The notes: generated by a model not told the origin, from the letters alone. DNA of 64,000 bases from a virus (IMGVR_UViG_3300005512_000002:1-64000); one strand, 5' to 3'. Shown: positions 8,203 through 17,147, counted from the stretch's first letter. Program-made: numbers and translations.

Positions 8203-9723
8203 ATGAGCAAGACATCATCCTCCACCTGGTTCGAGGTAGACAAGGACGGCCTGGCCCGGCTGCTGGCCCGGCAAGGCAAGAGCTTCGTGGTCTTCGAGCT
8301 ACTGCAAAACGCCTGGGACGAGGACGGCGTGACCGAGGTCCGCGTCGAACTGACTCCCGTGGCGGGCCAGCCCCTGTGTCAACTCACGGTCACCGACTCG
8401 GCGCCCGAAGGCTGGAAACGACTCTCGGACGCCTGGACCCTGTTCGCCGACTCGACCAAGAAAGACAACCCCTTGAAACGCGGCCGGTTCGACATCGGCG
8501 AGAAGTTAGTATTGGCCATCTGCCGCGACGCCCGGATCGAGACCACCACCGGCACGGTCATCTTCAACGCCGACGGCACCCGCCAGCGCAGCAGTTGCAA
8601 GACCCAACGCGGCTCGTCCTTCACCGCCTACGTGAAAATGACCCGGGCCGAGTACGACACCGTCTGTCAGGACGTACAACGGCTCATCCCGCCCGAGGGC
8701 ATCAAGACCATCTTCAACCGCCAGGTGCTCCAGCGGCCCCACATGCCGACCCGGTTCGCGTGCACCCTGCCCACCGAGACCAGCGATGGCGACGGCAACC
8801 TCATCGAGACCAGCCGCAAGACCACCGTTGAGGTCTACATGCCCCGGGCGGGCGAACAGGCCTGGATCTACGAGATGGGCATCCCGGTGGTCACCTGGGA
8901 TGCACCTGGCAACTGTCACGCCAATGTCCTGCAGCGGGTGCCCTTGAACTGGAACCGCAACAACGTCACGCCCGGCTACCTCAAAGCCCTGCAGGTCGCG
9001 GTGCTCAACCACGTCTTCGAGCATCTGGATGCCGAGCAGGCGGCCAGCACGCCGGTGCGGGAAGCCTGCGGCGACCCCCGGGTTGATCCCCAGGCCATCC
9101 AGAAGGTGCTGGACCTGCGCTTCGGCAGCAAGCGGGCCAGCTACGACCCCAACGATCCGGAATCCGCCGGCAAGTTCCAGCACGCCGGTGGCCGGGTGAT
9201 CCACGGCGGCGATCTGTCCAGTGCCGAATGGCAGCAGGTCAAAGAGCACGGCCTGGTCAAGCCCGCTTCCCACTACACGCCCAGCCCCGACGCCTACAGT
9301 GCCGGGGGCCGGCCCGAGAAGGTCATCGCCGAGAAAGACTGGACGCCGGGCATGAAGAAGCTGTGCCTGTTCGCCTACGACCTGGCCCGCCAGATCCTGG
9401 GGCACTCCATCAGTGTGCGGGTAGCCAGCGAGCCCACCATCTGGTGGCGAGCCAACTACGGCCAGCGGCAACTGACCCTGAACCTGGGCAAGCTGGGGCA
9501 CCGGTTCTTCAACGACTTCCCCGACAACCTGGAAGACGCGCTCGATCTGCTGATCCACGAGTTCGGCCACGATTTCGAGGGTGGCGACGACCACCTGTCC
9601 GACCAGTACCATCGGGCCCTGACCCGCCTGGGTGCCCGAGGGGTCCTGCTGGCCCTCGACAACCCCCGCTTCTTCAAGCAGTTGAAAGTAAAAGCCGAGC
9701 CGGCCGCCCGGCCGACGGTATAA
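8203..9723 (+). CDS. GHKL-type (Bergerat fold) ATPase-like N-terminal domain protein with C-terminal HExxH motif
   Basis: FELLQNAWDEDG (N-box E..NA.D), LTVTDSAPEG, RGRFDIGEKL Gly motifs; C-terminal LLIHEFGHDFEGGDDH zincin-like HExxH. Confidence 0.5.
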   Translation: MSKTSSSTWFEVDKDGLARLLARQGKSFVVFELLQNAWDEDGVTEVRVELTPVAGQPLCQLTVTDSAPEGWKRLSDAWTLFADSTKKDNPLKRGRFDIGEKLVLAICRDARIETTTGTVIFNADGTRQRSSCKTQRGSSFTAYVKMTRAEYDTVCQDVQRLIPPEGIKTIFNRQVLQRPHMPTRFACTLPTETSDGDGNLIETSRKTTVEVYMPRAGEQAWIYEMGIPVVTWDAPGNCHANVLQRVPLNWNRNNVTPGYLKALQVAVLNHVFEHLDAEQAASTPVREACGDPRVDPQAIQKVLDLRFGSKRASYDPNDPESAGKFQHAGGRVIHGGDLSSAEWQQVKEHGLVKPASHYTPSPDAYSAGGRPEKVIAEKDWTPGMKKLCLFAYDLARQILGHSISVRVASEPTIWWRANYGQRQLTLNLGKLGHRFFNDFPDNLEDALDLLIHEFGHDFEGGDDHLSDQYHRALTRLGARGVLLALDNPRFFKQLKVKAEPAARPTV

Positions 9724-9734
9724 TTGACACGACC

Positions 9735-10109
9735 ATGAGCAACCAGATTCTCACCATCGCACCGTACCGCCAGCACGGCACCTGGGTCTTCGACGACGAC
9801 GCGGCGGACCTGCACCAGGAACCGTTCGTCGCCGGCGCCCCCGAGATGATCGACGTGCTGGTGGCCGACATCCCCCAGGCCGCCGCCGGCTTCCGCCTGT
9901 TGTTCTCGCCCGAGCCGTTCCCGGGCCACCAGCAGGTGCTGATCCACGACGGCGAAGAAGACGGGGGCAACTGGTACCGCACCCAACAGCCCGCCATGCG
10001 CGGCTGGCTGTGCCCGGCCCTGTTCAAGTATTTCCGCATGGCCCCGCAGCGCATCTACGTGAAAGCCGAGGCCCTCGCCCAGCACCAGGGGAACAACCGC
10101 CATGAGTGA
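9735..10109 (+). CDS. Hypothetical protein
   Basis: ORF in frame of 9228-10109 with ATG at 9735 just after the upstream stop. Confidence 0.4.
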   Translation: MSNQILTIAPYRQHGTWVFDDDAADLHQEPFVAGAPEMIDVLVADIPQAAAGFRLLFSPEPFPGHQQVLIHDGEEDGGNWYRTQQPAMRGWLCPALFKYFRMAPQRIYVKAEALAQHQGNNRHE

Positions 10110-10488
10110 AACCACCCTGCATCCCGTACTCTGCCAGCAGCTTGAAGAAACCGACCCGGGCCACGACCTGGGCTACCGTTACCAGGTCGTCCAGCCCGAC
10201 GGCGACTGCCACCGCTTCCGCACCCGCGAGCAGCTTGAGCAGTTCGTCGGTCGCCACGGCCTGCGGGCGGTCACCGAAAGCGAATGGTTTGACATCACCC
10301 ACGCCGGATCGCCGAGCCCCAAGTCGAAACTCCACGGCTTGTCCGGCCACGTCACGCACGACGAAATGGCCTACAACCCCGACGATCCGGACAACCAGCC
10401 GTTCGACCCCCGGAACCCCAACGGCCCGCCGGACGACACGGACCAAGACCCGGGGGAGCTTCCGGAGGCCGGGGCGGACCCTACCTGA
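10102..10488 (+). CDS. Hypothetical acidic protein
   Basis: ATGA-type overlap with the upstream gene; Asp/Pro-rich C-terminus. Confidence 0.4.
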   Translation: MSETTLHPVLCQQLEETDPGHDLGYRYQVVQPDGDCHRFRTREQLEQFVGRHGLRAVTESEWFDITHAGSPSPKSKLHGLSGHVTHDEMAYNPDDPDNQPFDPRNPNGPPDDTDQDPGELPEAGADPT

Positions 10489-10707
10489 CTGGCTTGCGGG
10501 GGCCGGGGCGGGGCCGGGGGCGGCCAAGCCCAGGCAAGCCACGTGACCCCGGCTTCTTCGCCGGCTGGCGGATGGGCCGCCGGGAGCGGTTCCGGGGTTC
10601 GACCCTGCCCTATCTGCCCGCCCACCACTGGTGGGACTGGCTCACCCCCTGGCTGGGCCTGTTCGTGTTCTACCTGCTGTTCATCCGGGGCTGCTCGGGC
10701 TGAACCC

Positions 10708-10736
10708 TTGCAACCAGAACCGGTGCGCGGTATGAT
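10708..10736 (+). promoter_or_regulatory. Sigma70-like promoter TTGCAA-N17-TATGAT
   Basis: TTGCAA 10708-10713, 17-nt spacer, TATGAT 10731-10736, in the intergenic gap upstream of the HNH-containing unit. Confidence 0.4.
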
Positions 10737-10786
10737 ACCCCGAGAAGTTATCTACTGGGCAGTTGTGTATTTGCCTTCATGCGGAT

Positions 10787-11077
10787 GTGGAGAGAGAAAC
10801 CCTGGCGATCACCTGGTCCAAGCGGTTCCCCGAGCCGGCCACGCTCGACGAGGCCGAGACCCGCCTGCGGGCCCTGCGGCGGGAGGTCGAGCGCATCGGC
10901 ATCCAGACGCTCACAAGCCGCCCGGGACGCGGCAGGATGGCGTACAAGGCGTGGGACTGGCGGGGGCGGGCCACCAGGGCCCTGGGCATCAAGCGGGCTC
11001 AGGCGGCCTGCCTGGCCGCCTGGATGCAAAGCCAGGCCCGTCCGACTCAAGTCGCACCTTCCGAGGGCCGACCATAG
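10787..11077 (+). CDS. Hypothetical protein (start very uncertain; track uses TTG at 10763)
   Basis: Open frame 10763-11077 downstream of promoter; no motif. Confidence 0.2.
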   Translation: MERETLAITWSKRFPEPATLDEAETRLRALRREVERIGIQTLTSRPGRGRMAYKAWDWRGRATRALGIKRAQAACLAAWMQSQARPTQVAPSEGRP

Positions 11078-11081
11078 GTCT

Positions 11082-11342
11082 ATGCCCCGATCGGCCAGGA
11101 ACATCCCAGGTTACCCAGGTTACCAGGTCGATCAGGCCGGCCGGGTCTTCACCGAATGGCAGCGGCGGGGACTGGGCAAGGGCCAGGGGTTCGCCTGGTA
11201 CCGCTCGGGACACTTCCGGCCCTTGAAGGTCCAGTCCGGACTCTGCGGCCGCCTGTACGTCCGCCTGCGCCGCCGCGAGGGTGTCTATGACAAGCGATCC
11301 CCCAGCACCCTGATCCGGCTGGCCTTTGCCCCCGAAAGCTAG
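11082..11342 (+). CDS. HNH homing-endonuclease-like protein (NUMOD4/HNH_3 type, short)
   Basis: IPGYPGYQVDQAGRVFTEWQRRG...GLCGRLYVRLRRREGVYDKRSPSTLIRLAF matches the IPGF.GY.VS..G.V.S...YL...L..NGK...HRLV.AF pattern. Confidence 0.65.
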   Translation: MPRSARNIPGYPGYQVDQAGRVFTEWQRRGLGKGQGFAWYRSGHFRPLKVQSGLCGRLYVRLRRREGVYDKRSPSTLIRLAFAPES

Positions 11343-11355
11343 AGGAGAATGAGCC

Positions 11356-12285
11356 GTGGCCCAATGGACCAAGCCCTACACCCAGACCAAGATCCGTCCA
11401 CCGATCAAGTGCCACGGCGGCAAGTTCTACCTGGCCCGGCGACTGCTGGACCTGGCCCCGCCCGATGAGATCGGTTACCTGGTCGAGCCGTTCGCCGGCG
11501 GGGCCAGCTTCATGCTCAACCAGAACCTCAAGGTCACCGGGGGCCGCATCCTCGCGGATCTCGACTGGTTCCGGGTCAACCTGCTGGCCTGCATCCGCGA
11601 CAAGGGCCCGCTGCTGGCCGAAGCTCTGCGCCAGGTCCAATACACCCAGGAGACTTTCGACTTAGGCAAGCTGCTGGTGGCCCACCGCGAGCAGCCCAGG
11701 ACCACCGACCCGGGCCCGGGCCGGCCCTGCTGCGTGGCCACGGCGGTGGCATATCTCGTTGCCAACCGCATGTCGCGCGGTGGCATGGGCAAGGCCTTCG
11801 CCTGGTCCACCCGCAAGCGAGGCGGCCAGCCCGGAGACCTGAATGCCTGGCAGACCATGATCGAGCAGATCCCGCTGGTCAGCCAGCGGCTGCAAGGCGT
11901 CAAGACCTACCACAGCGAATGCCTGCAGACGCTGCGCAATGTCCAGTGGCAGCCGTGGGATCTGATCTACGCGGACCCGACTTATTTGGCTTCCACCCGG
12001 AAGGCTCCCCGGGTGTACGCTTTCGAGATGGACCGCCAGCGGCACATGCTGCTGGCCACGGCCCTCAATGCCGTGCCCTGCCGCGTGATGCTCAGCGGCT
12101 ACGACAGCGACGACTACCAGGCCTGGTACGACGCCCAGGGCGGCTGGCAGCGGATCACCTTCGACATGCCCAACCACTCGGGCCAGAACAAGACCAAAGA
12201 GCGCCGCACGGAGGTGGTGTGGCTGAACTACTGCCTGACCACCGGCCAGCGCCTGCCCGGCGGCAATCGGAGACCCGCCGCATGA
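11356..12285 (+). CDS. dam: DNA N6-adenine methyltransferase, Dam/D12 class
   Basis: EPFAGGAS (motif I) and IYADPTY (DPPY-type motif IV); KCHGGKFYLARRLL N-terminus; GAGGAG RBS 8 nt before GTG 11356. Confidence 0.75.
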   Translation: MAQWTKPYTQTKIRPPIKCHGGKFYLARRLLDLAPPDEIGYLVEPFAGGASFMLNQNLKVTGGRILADLDWFRVNLLACIRDKGPLLAEALRQVQYTQETFDLGKLLVAHREQPRTTDPGPGRPCCVATAVAYLVANRMSRGGMGKAFAWSTRKRGGQPGDLNAWQTMIEQIPLVSQRLQGVKTYHSECLQTLRNVQWQPWDLIYADPTYLASTRKAPRVYAFEMDRQRHMLLATALNAVPCRVMLSGYDSDDYQAWYDAQGGWQRITFDMPNHSGQNKTKERRTEVVWLNYCLTTGQRLPGGNRRPAA

Positions 12286-12521
12286 GCAGCGTCAAACAAA
12301 TTGCCAGCCGGGAGATCTGCAAGCTCTGCTGGCACGTGAATGCCGTGGGCTTCCAGGTCCCGGACGCCGTCTGGGCCGAGGTGGCCCCGGCCCACCTGCT
12401 GTCCAGTGTCATCTGCCTGCAGTGCTTCACCCGTCTGGCCGATGAGAAACTTATTGCCTGGGACCGGGCCATCACCCTCTACCCGGTGAGCCTGGCCACC
12501 CACCTGGAGATCAACCCATGA
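12282..12521 (+). CDS. Hypothetical small Cys-containing protein
   Basis: ATGA overlap; CKLCWH...CLQC cysteine pairs suggest a zinc ribbon. Confidence 0.4.
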   Translation: MSSVKQIASREICKLCWHVNAVGFQVPDAVWAEVAPAHLLSSVICLQCFTRLADEKLIAWDRAITLYPVSLATHLEINP

Positions 12522-12826
12522 ACCCCATCCAGATCACCCACATCGACACCGGCCTGTACCCCCACGGCATCATCGTCCACGGCGAGGACCCGGCGGGCGC
12601 ATGCTGCCAGGCCCGGCTGAACTTCTACACCGTCAAGGGCAACCTGGCCTGTGATTTCCGCCAGATGCAGAGCATGGCCGGCGTAGACCAAAGCATTCAC
12701 ATCTGGCTGGACCTGGTCAGCAGCCCCAAGCCCCTGGTGGCCATGTTCGGCTCGACCTGGCGGGTCACCGGGATCTCCCCGGCCCCGGCCCCGGAAAAAG
12801 CCCCGCAGGCGGAGTGTGCCGCATGA
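12518..12826 (+). CDS. Hypothetical protein
   Basis: ATGA overlap chain; 102 aa. Confidence 0.4.
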   Translation: MNPIQITHIDTGLYPHGIIVHGEDPAGACCQARLNFYTVKGNLACDFRQMQSMAGVDQSIHIWLDLVSSPKPLVAMFGSTWRVTGISPAPAPEKAPQAECAA

Positions 12827-13089
12827 CCCGGCAACCCTTCGAGGATATACTCGGCGGCATGTTCGGCGCAGGCAATCCGTTCGGCCACCAGCCACCCTTC
12901 ACGCCCGACGAAGTTCGGGCCGGCGAATCCTGGCTGGCCGGCAGGTGCCGCAGCTTCGTGGCGGGGTTTACCCATGCCGCCCGGGCCGACACGCACCACA
13001 GCCAGGACCGGAAGCTGGCCGCCTTCCAGAAAGTCTTCGGGCCCCTGCCCGATCGCGTGGCTTTGTACATCCTGACCCAAGGGGGATAA
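12823..13089 (+). CDS. Hypothetical protein
   Basis: ATGA overlap chain; 88 aa; ends in the GGGGGATAAGCCCTATG junction motif. Confidence 0.4.
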   Translation: MTRQPFEDILGGMFGAGNPFGHQPPFTPDEVRAGESWLAGRCRSFVAGFTHAARADTHHSQDRKLAAFQKVFGPLPDRVALYILTQGG

Positions 13090-13094
13090 GCCCT

Positions 13095-13664
13095 ATGACC
13101 ATTCGCGTCGAAAATAAAAAGCACTTCCAGGGCCAGGGCATCTACATCGGGCGCCCCAGTGTGTTGGGCAACCCCTACACCCTGGAGATGTACTCGCGGG
13201 AGCAGAGCATCGCCCTCTACCGCGAGTGGCTGGCGATCGAGTACCCCAAGAGCCTGGCGGTCCGCCGCCAGATCAACGCCCTGCTGCAGCTTTACGAGCG
13301 CGGCGAGGACGTGGTGCTCATCTGCTGGTGCAAGCCCTTGCCCTGCCACGGCGACGTGATCGTCGAGTTTGTCCTGGACCTGAACGCCGGCACCCGCCCC
13401 CGGATACCCGACGTGGTCACCGGTTGCGTAGACCCAGCTTCCGGGGGTAAAACTTCCGGGGGCGGAAGCAAACCGCCCCGCCACGAGCGGCTGTGCGATT
13501 TCATCGACGAGTTGATCGAGAGTGACCAGTTCGACTGGTGCCTGCCCACCCTGGAGGGCATCCGCCAGACGGTGGCCGACAACGAACGGGCCAGCATGGG
13601 CCAGATCCAGGCCATCGTCAACATCGCCGAGACCCGCGAGTTTTCCGTGCCCGACCTGGAGTAG
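13095..13664 (+). CDS. DUF4326 domain protein with C-terminal extension
   Basis: YIGRPSVLGNPYTL...ALYREWL...GEDVVLICWCKPLPCHGDVI matches the DUF4326 pattern (yIGR...wGNPf....Y..wl...L.G..L.CwC.P..CH.dvl). Confidence 0.55.
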   Translation: MTIRVENKKHFQGQGIYIGRPSVLGNPYTLEMYSREQSIALYREWLAIEYPKSLAVRRQINALLQLYERGEDVVLICWCKPLPCHGDVIVEFVLDLNAGTRPRIPDVVTGCVDPASGGKTSGGGSKPPRHERLCDFIDELIESDQFDWCLPTLEGIRQTVADNERASMGQIQAIVNIAETREFSVPDLE

Positions 13665-13666
13665 CC

Positions 13667-13906
13667 ATGATCACGCACGACCCGTATCCAAGCATCATAA
13701 ACCCATGCAAGTACGAATGCGAGAATATGTATCGCGTCGCCACACTGCAGGACGGACCCGCCTTTCAGCAAGCCATCATGGCCCTTAACGACCTGATCAT
13801 GAAGCTGCACACCTTCACCGCCACGCCCAAACTGCTGGCCCGGAAGATCGACGAGGGCCTGCAACTGCTGCCGCCCGAGATCAACACCCAGCCCACCAAA
13901 CCATGA
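13667..13906 (+). CDS. Hypothetical small protein
   Basis: ATG 13667 directly after the upstream TAG; 79 aa. Confidence 0.35.
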   Translation: MITHDPYPSIINPCKYECENMYRVATLQDGPAFQQAIMALNDLIMKLHTFTATPKLLARKIDEGLQLLPPEINTQPTKP

Positions 13907-14598
13907 ACCTCCAACCCGCCAAGAACAACCCCCGATCCAAACGCAAGTTGACCCAGGGCTCGTGGACCGAGCACTTCACGTGCGTGCTGCCCGAGATGCA
14001 GCGCGGCCCCTGGACCATCGAACGCTTCGAGGTCCCCAAGTGCAGCATCGAGAACATCCGCCTGGCCTTCGACGGCCGAGCTTGCCAGCCGGGCGTCTAC
14101 ACCCGGCTGATGCACAAGAACCTCGGACACGACCCCGTAATGAGCGACACCACCGCCGAGATGTGCGATCAGATCGCCGTGTTCCGTCACGCCACCGGAC
14201 GGGTGCTGATCCATGGCCTTGGCCTGGGCTGCACCCTGCAGGCGGTGCTGGACAAGCCCAAGGTCACCCACGTGGACGTGGTGGAGATCGACCAGGACCT
14301 GCTCCTGCTGGTGGGCCCCTACTTCGTGGCCGACCAGCGTGTAAACTTCGTGCACGCCGACTGCCTTGCCCACAAGTGGCCGCCGGGCACCCGCTGGAAC
14401 ACCGTCTGGCACGACATCTGGCCCAGCTTGAGCGAAGACAACCTGCCCGAGATGCACCGGCTGCACCGCTCGTTCGGCTCGCGCTGCGACTGGCAGGGCT
14501 CCTGGGGCTCGGCGTACCTCAAGCAGCAAGCCCGCCAGTGGCGGCAGCGTGACCGGTTCTTCGAGTGCGCCGCCCGCCGCCGCCTGGGAGTCGGATAG
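13903..14598 (+). CDS. Spermidine-synthase-like / class I SAM-dependent methyltransferase-fold protein
   Basis: RVLIHGLGLGCTLQAVLDKPKVTHVDVVEIDQDLL...DQRVNFVHADCL resembles aminopropyltransferase motifs (VLIIGGGDGG...VEID...DPRV...GDG). Confidence 0.45.
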   Translation: MNLQPAKNNPRSKRKLTQGSWTEHFTCVLPEMQRGPWTIERFEVPKCSIENIRLAFDGRACQPGVYTRLMHKNLGHDPVMSDTTAEMCDQIAVFRHATGRVLIHGLGLGCTLQAVLDKPKVTHVDVVEIDQDLLLLVGPYFVADQRVNFVHADCLAHKWPPGTRWNTVWHDIWPSLSEDNLPEMHRLHRSFGSRCDWQGSWGSAYLKQQARQWRQRDRFFECAARRRLGVG

Positions 14599-14605
14599 CA
14601 CCTGC

Positions 14606-15007
14606 ATGTTCCGCGAGTTCACCCTGACCGAGACCGACTTTCCCTTGGGTTGCCGGGTCATCAAGCCGATGTTGGGCCTGGGGCGCGATCGCACCGGCAC
14701 CGTGGTCGGCCACGACGTGTACCCCTATGCCGGTTATCAGACGCTGGTGCTGCTGGTAACCTGGGACCCCCGGAACCCCCGGAACGCCGCCCCCCCGTGT
14801 AACGGCCGCGGCGCAGTCGCCGGTGCCGCCAACAGCAAGCCCGGGAAAATCACCCGGCACCCGCTGGTGCACGACTCGCGGATCACGAGACTCGACGATG
14901 GCAACCCCCCGGAAGAAAACCCCCCGGAAGAAAGCACGCAAGAAAAAGGGTCCCCACCCGCCGATCGAGCACCCGATCAAGCCGACCCCGATCACCTGGG
15001 TGTCTGA
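14606..15007 (+). CDS. Hypothetical protein; repeat copy R4 read through in-frame in C-terminal half
   Basis: ORF 14549-15007, ATG 14606; compact N-terminal domain then PRNPRNAAPPCNGRGAVAGAANSK from repeat DNA. Confidence 0.3.
   Translation: MFREFTLTETDFPLGCRVIKPMLGLGRDRTGTVVGHDVYPYAGYQTLVLLVTWDPRNPRNAAPPCNGRGAVAGAANSKPGKITRHPLVHDSRITRLDDGNPPEENPPEESTQEKGSPPADRAPDQADPDHLGV
14766..14840 (+). repeat. Composite repeat copy R4
   Basis: cccccggaaccccccggaacgccgcccccccgtgtaacggccgcggcgcagtcgccggtgccgcc. Confidence 0.55.
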
Positions 15008-15539
15008 CATCGGTCAGACCCGCAACGTCATCCAGGACACGCTCAACCGCGCCGACCCCGACGATCGCGCCGGCCATGTCCCGCTAAAGCACAGCCTCTC
15101 ACGACCCGATCAACAACGATGGAGAAAGTGGGTGGGCCGCACCCCCGAAGGGTACGACCGGCCCACCGAAAGCTACCAGCGACCCACCATCGGACCCCAC
15201 ACGCCGCCCGTCACCATGAGTGCCAAGACCGTCACCCAAGTCCGCCGGCCCCGCGAAGTGTTCGGGGTGAACCTGGGCATCGAGCCGATGGTCCTGGTCC
15301 GCAAGGGCCTGACCGAACTGTGGTGGCTGCCCGGACGGCAGATCGGCGGCCAGTACCACCAGCCGGAACTGCGGCTGGTCAACCTCGATAACCACACCCT
15401 GGTCAGCCGCACTCTGCAAACCGGCGGCAGCCTGACCCAACACACCCTGAGCCTGCGCAACCGCTTGCTCAGCGACAGTTTCGGCGTCGAGGATCTGGGC
15501 CTGTCGCTCGATCCGACCAAGACGACCGTCATCACGTAG
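14898..15539 (+). CDS. Hypothetical basic protein (overlaps the 3' part of the previous ORF in another frame; one of the two may be spurious)
   Basis: MATPRKKTPRKKARKKKGPHPP basic N-terminus; ORF 14823-15539. Confidence 0.3.
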   Translation: MATPRKKTPRKKARKKKGPHPPIEHPIKPTPITWVSDIGQTRNVIQDTLNRADPDDRAGHVPLKHSLSRPDQQRWRKWVGRTPEGYDRPTESYQRPTIGPHTPPVTMSAKTVTQVRRPREVFGVNLGIEPMVLVRKGLTELWWLPGRQIGGQYHQPELRLVNLDNHTLVSRTLQTGGSLTQHTLSLRNRLLSDSFGVEDLGLSLDPTKTTVIT

Positions 15540-15550
15540 GAGAGCTTCTG

Positions 15551-15796
15551 ATGAAACTGCTCGTCGTTCTTTGGACCCTGTTGTGCGATCTGCTGATGCT
15601 GGGAGCCTGCATCGCCGTGTTCCTGGTGGTCAAGCCCGTGCTGCTGGCCGTGGTGATGGTGGCCGCCATGGCCTACATCTGGCTCAGCAAGCACCCGTCA
15701 CCGTTCGTGACCTGGCAGCCATCCAACCTCAAGAATTACTGGACCCAGGCCCAGGGCACCTTCGACCTGTGGAAAGGCTCCTCCTCGGGCACCTGA
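15551..15796 (+). CDS. Small membrane protein (2 predicted TM helices)
   Basis: GGAGAG RBS 6 nt before ATG; LLVVLWTLLCDLLMLGACIAVFLVVKPVLLAVVMVAAMAYIW hydrophobic stretch. Confidence 0.45.
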   Translation: MKLLVVLWTLLCDLLMLGACIAVFLVVKPVLLAVVMVAAMAYIWLSKHPSPFVTWQPSNLKNYWTQAQGTFDLWKGSSSGT

Positions 15797-15798
15797 TG

Positions 15799-15827
15799 TT
15801 GCCAGGCCGGCCGCCGGCTGCTAGAAT
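15799..15827 (+). promoter_or_regulatory. Sigma70-like promoter TTGCCA-N17-TAGAAT
   Basis: TTGCCA 15799-15804, 17-nt spacer, TAGAAT 15822-15827; GGGAGG RBS and ATG 15850 downstream. Confidence 0.45.
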
Positions 15828-15849
15828 GCAGTCATCGGGAGGCCCATCC

Positions 15850-16101
15850 ATGAGCGATCCCTTTGTCAAAATCGGCGTGATCCTGGTGCTCATCTGTCTG
15901 GGCATCGTCGCCTGGGAAAAGCTGACCGGCCGATGGCCGCCAGACCAGCCCAAGCCGGTGGTCGTGTTCACCCCCGAGGAACTGGCCCGCGACCCGGCGT
16001 ACCAGGAAACCCGGCGCCTGCAGGCCGACGAGGAGGCCCGCGACGCCGAGAGCAAGCTCCTGGAGATCATGCGCCAGCATCAGGACAACCCCCGAGACTA
16101 A
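15850..16101 (+). CDS. Small membrane-anchored protein
   Basis: N-terminal TM helix IGVILVLICLGIVAW; charged C-terminus. Confidence 0.45.
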   Translation: MSDPFVKIGVILVLICLGIVAWEKLTGRWPPDQPKPVVVFTPEELARDPAYQETRRLQADEEARDAESKLLEIMRQHQDNPRD

Positions 16102-16436
16102 CCCCGGGCAATCAGGGCTAACTTCCGGGGGCGCTTCAGTTTCTTGATCTCGGCTTCCCGTCTTGCGGCGTCAGCCCTTGTGGCAACGGGCTGCCGCCAG
16201 ACAAGCAGGACGGGCAGCCGGGATCTTGTATAGCGGGACCCCCGGCCGGCCATGTGATCCATGAGCCGACGGTGCAGGCCACTGGTCATGCCGCAGTACA
16301 GCGACCCGTCCACGCACAGCAACAGATAGACCCACCAGGCGTTCCGGGGGCGGCTGCTTAGCGGTCGCGCCGCCAGTCGCACCTGCGGTGCTGCCGTTAC
16401 GCGGCGGGAGCGGCTGGCGTTGGTGCCCGCCCGCAT
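16098..16436 (-). CDS. GIY-YIG nuclease superfamily protein (YhbQ/UPF0213-like); N-terminus derived from repeat copy R5
   Basis: WWVYLLLCVDGSLYCGMTSGLHRRLMDHMAGRGSRYTRSRLPVLLVW...RREAEIKKLKR matches GIY-YIG/UPF0213; no canonical start next to the domain, upstream ATGs at 16436/16466 read through the repeat. Confidence 0.6.
   Translation of the reverse strand: MRAGTNASRSRRVTAAPQVRLAARPLSSRPRNAWWVYLLLCVDGSLYCGMTSGLHRRLMDHMAGRGSRYTRSRLPVLLVWRQPVATRADAARREAEIKKLKRPRKLALIARG
16335..16425 (-). repeat. Composite repeat copy R5 (minus orientation)
   Basis: Reverse complement reads ccgccgcgtaacggcagcaccgcaggtgcgactggcggcgcgaccgctaagcagccgcccccggaacgcc. Confidence 0.65.
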
Positions 16437-16466
16437 GGGCTTGACTGGTCCCTGCCGGGTCACCAT

Positions 16467-17147
16467 TCAGGAATCCTCGGGGAAGTTCTGGGTCAGCACG
16501 TTGGCCGGCGGTGCGGCGGTGACCAGGGCCACCATGGCCCCGAAGCTGTGATCGTGGGCCAGCTTGTCGGGGATCTTGGACAGGGCCGTGATCGAGGCCC
16601 GGATCGCCAGGGCATTGCGCACCGACAGGCTGAGCACCTCGTAGCTCTTGATCCGAAACAGCTTGATCTTGGCCCCGAAGCCCTGGCTGCGGCAGGCCTT
16701 CTGCAGGCCCGTGCAGATTTTCTTATCGAGATCGTCCGGCTTGCTGTGGAACTGGGCGAAGCTCAGCGTGCCCAGCACCTGGCGCAGCACCATCTCGCCA
16801 GCCTCGGAAATCAGGAAGTCCGTGTTCTCGCTGGCGGTCAGGAACTGACCCAGGTCCTCGACGGTGTAGGTCATCACGGCGTCCACCTCGATGGGCACAC
16901 CGTCGCGCAGGGTGATCTTGATCTTGTCCACCACGTTGTAACACAGCGTGGTATGCGTATCCTCCATGGTCTGGAACATGGTGGCCAGGTGCAGGCCGGG
17001 ATTCAGGTTCGAGCCCGGCCGACCGAACGTGAACCGCACACCCAGGTTGCCCTTGCGCACGATGATCGCCTTGATCGGCAGCATCAGGTAGATGACGCCC
17101 CAAAGCAGTTGGAACAGTTGGATGATGGCCTGAATGAGTTCCGCCAT
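16467..17147 (-). CDS. SPFH/band-7 (stomatin/prohibitin/HflK-like) domain protein
   Basis: N-terminal TM segment then IVRKGNLGVRFTFGR...GLH...TLRDGVPIEVDAVMTYTVEDL typical of SPFH cores. Confidence 0.65.
   Translation of the reverse strand: MAELIQAIIQLFQLLWGVIYLMLPIKAIIVRKGNLGVRFTFGRPGSNLNPGLHLATMFQTMEDTHTTLCYNVVDKIKITLRDGVPIEVDAVMTYTVEDLGQFLTASENTDFLISEAGEMVLRQVLGTLSFAQFHSKPDDLDKKICTGLQKACRSQGFGAKIKLFRIKSYEVLSLSVRNALAIRASITALSKIPDKLAHDHSFGAMVALVTAAPPANVLTQNFPEDS

Noticed and set aside
10580-10605. tRNA-like T-loop sequence GGGGTTCGACCCTGCC
   Set aside because: Flanking sequence does not form a complementary T-stem or acceptor stem, and it lies inside an open reading frame. No cloverleaf could be assembled by eye.
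11356-12285. Possibility that the Dam methylase targets the over-represented CTTCCGGGGG motif
   Set aside because: D12/Dam-class enzymes with a DPPY-type motif typically recognise GATC-like sites. No evidence links the enzyme to the GC-rich motif. Left as untested.
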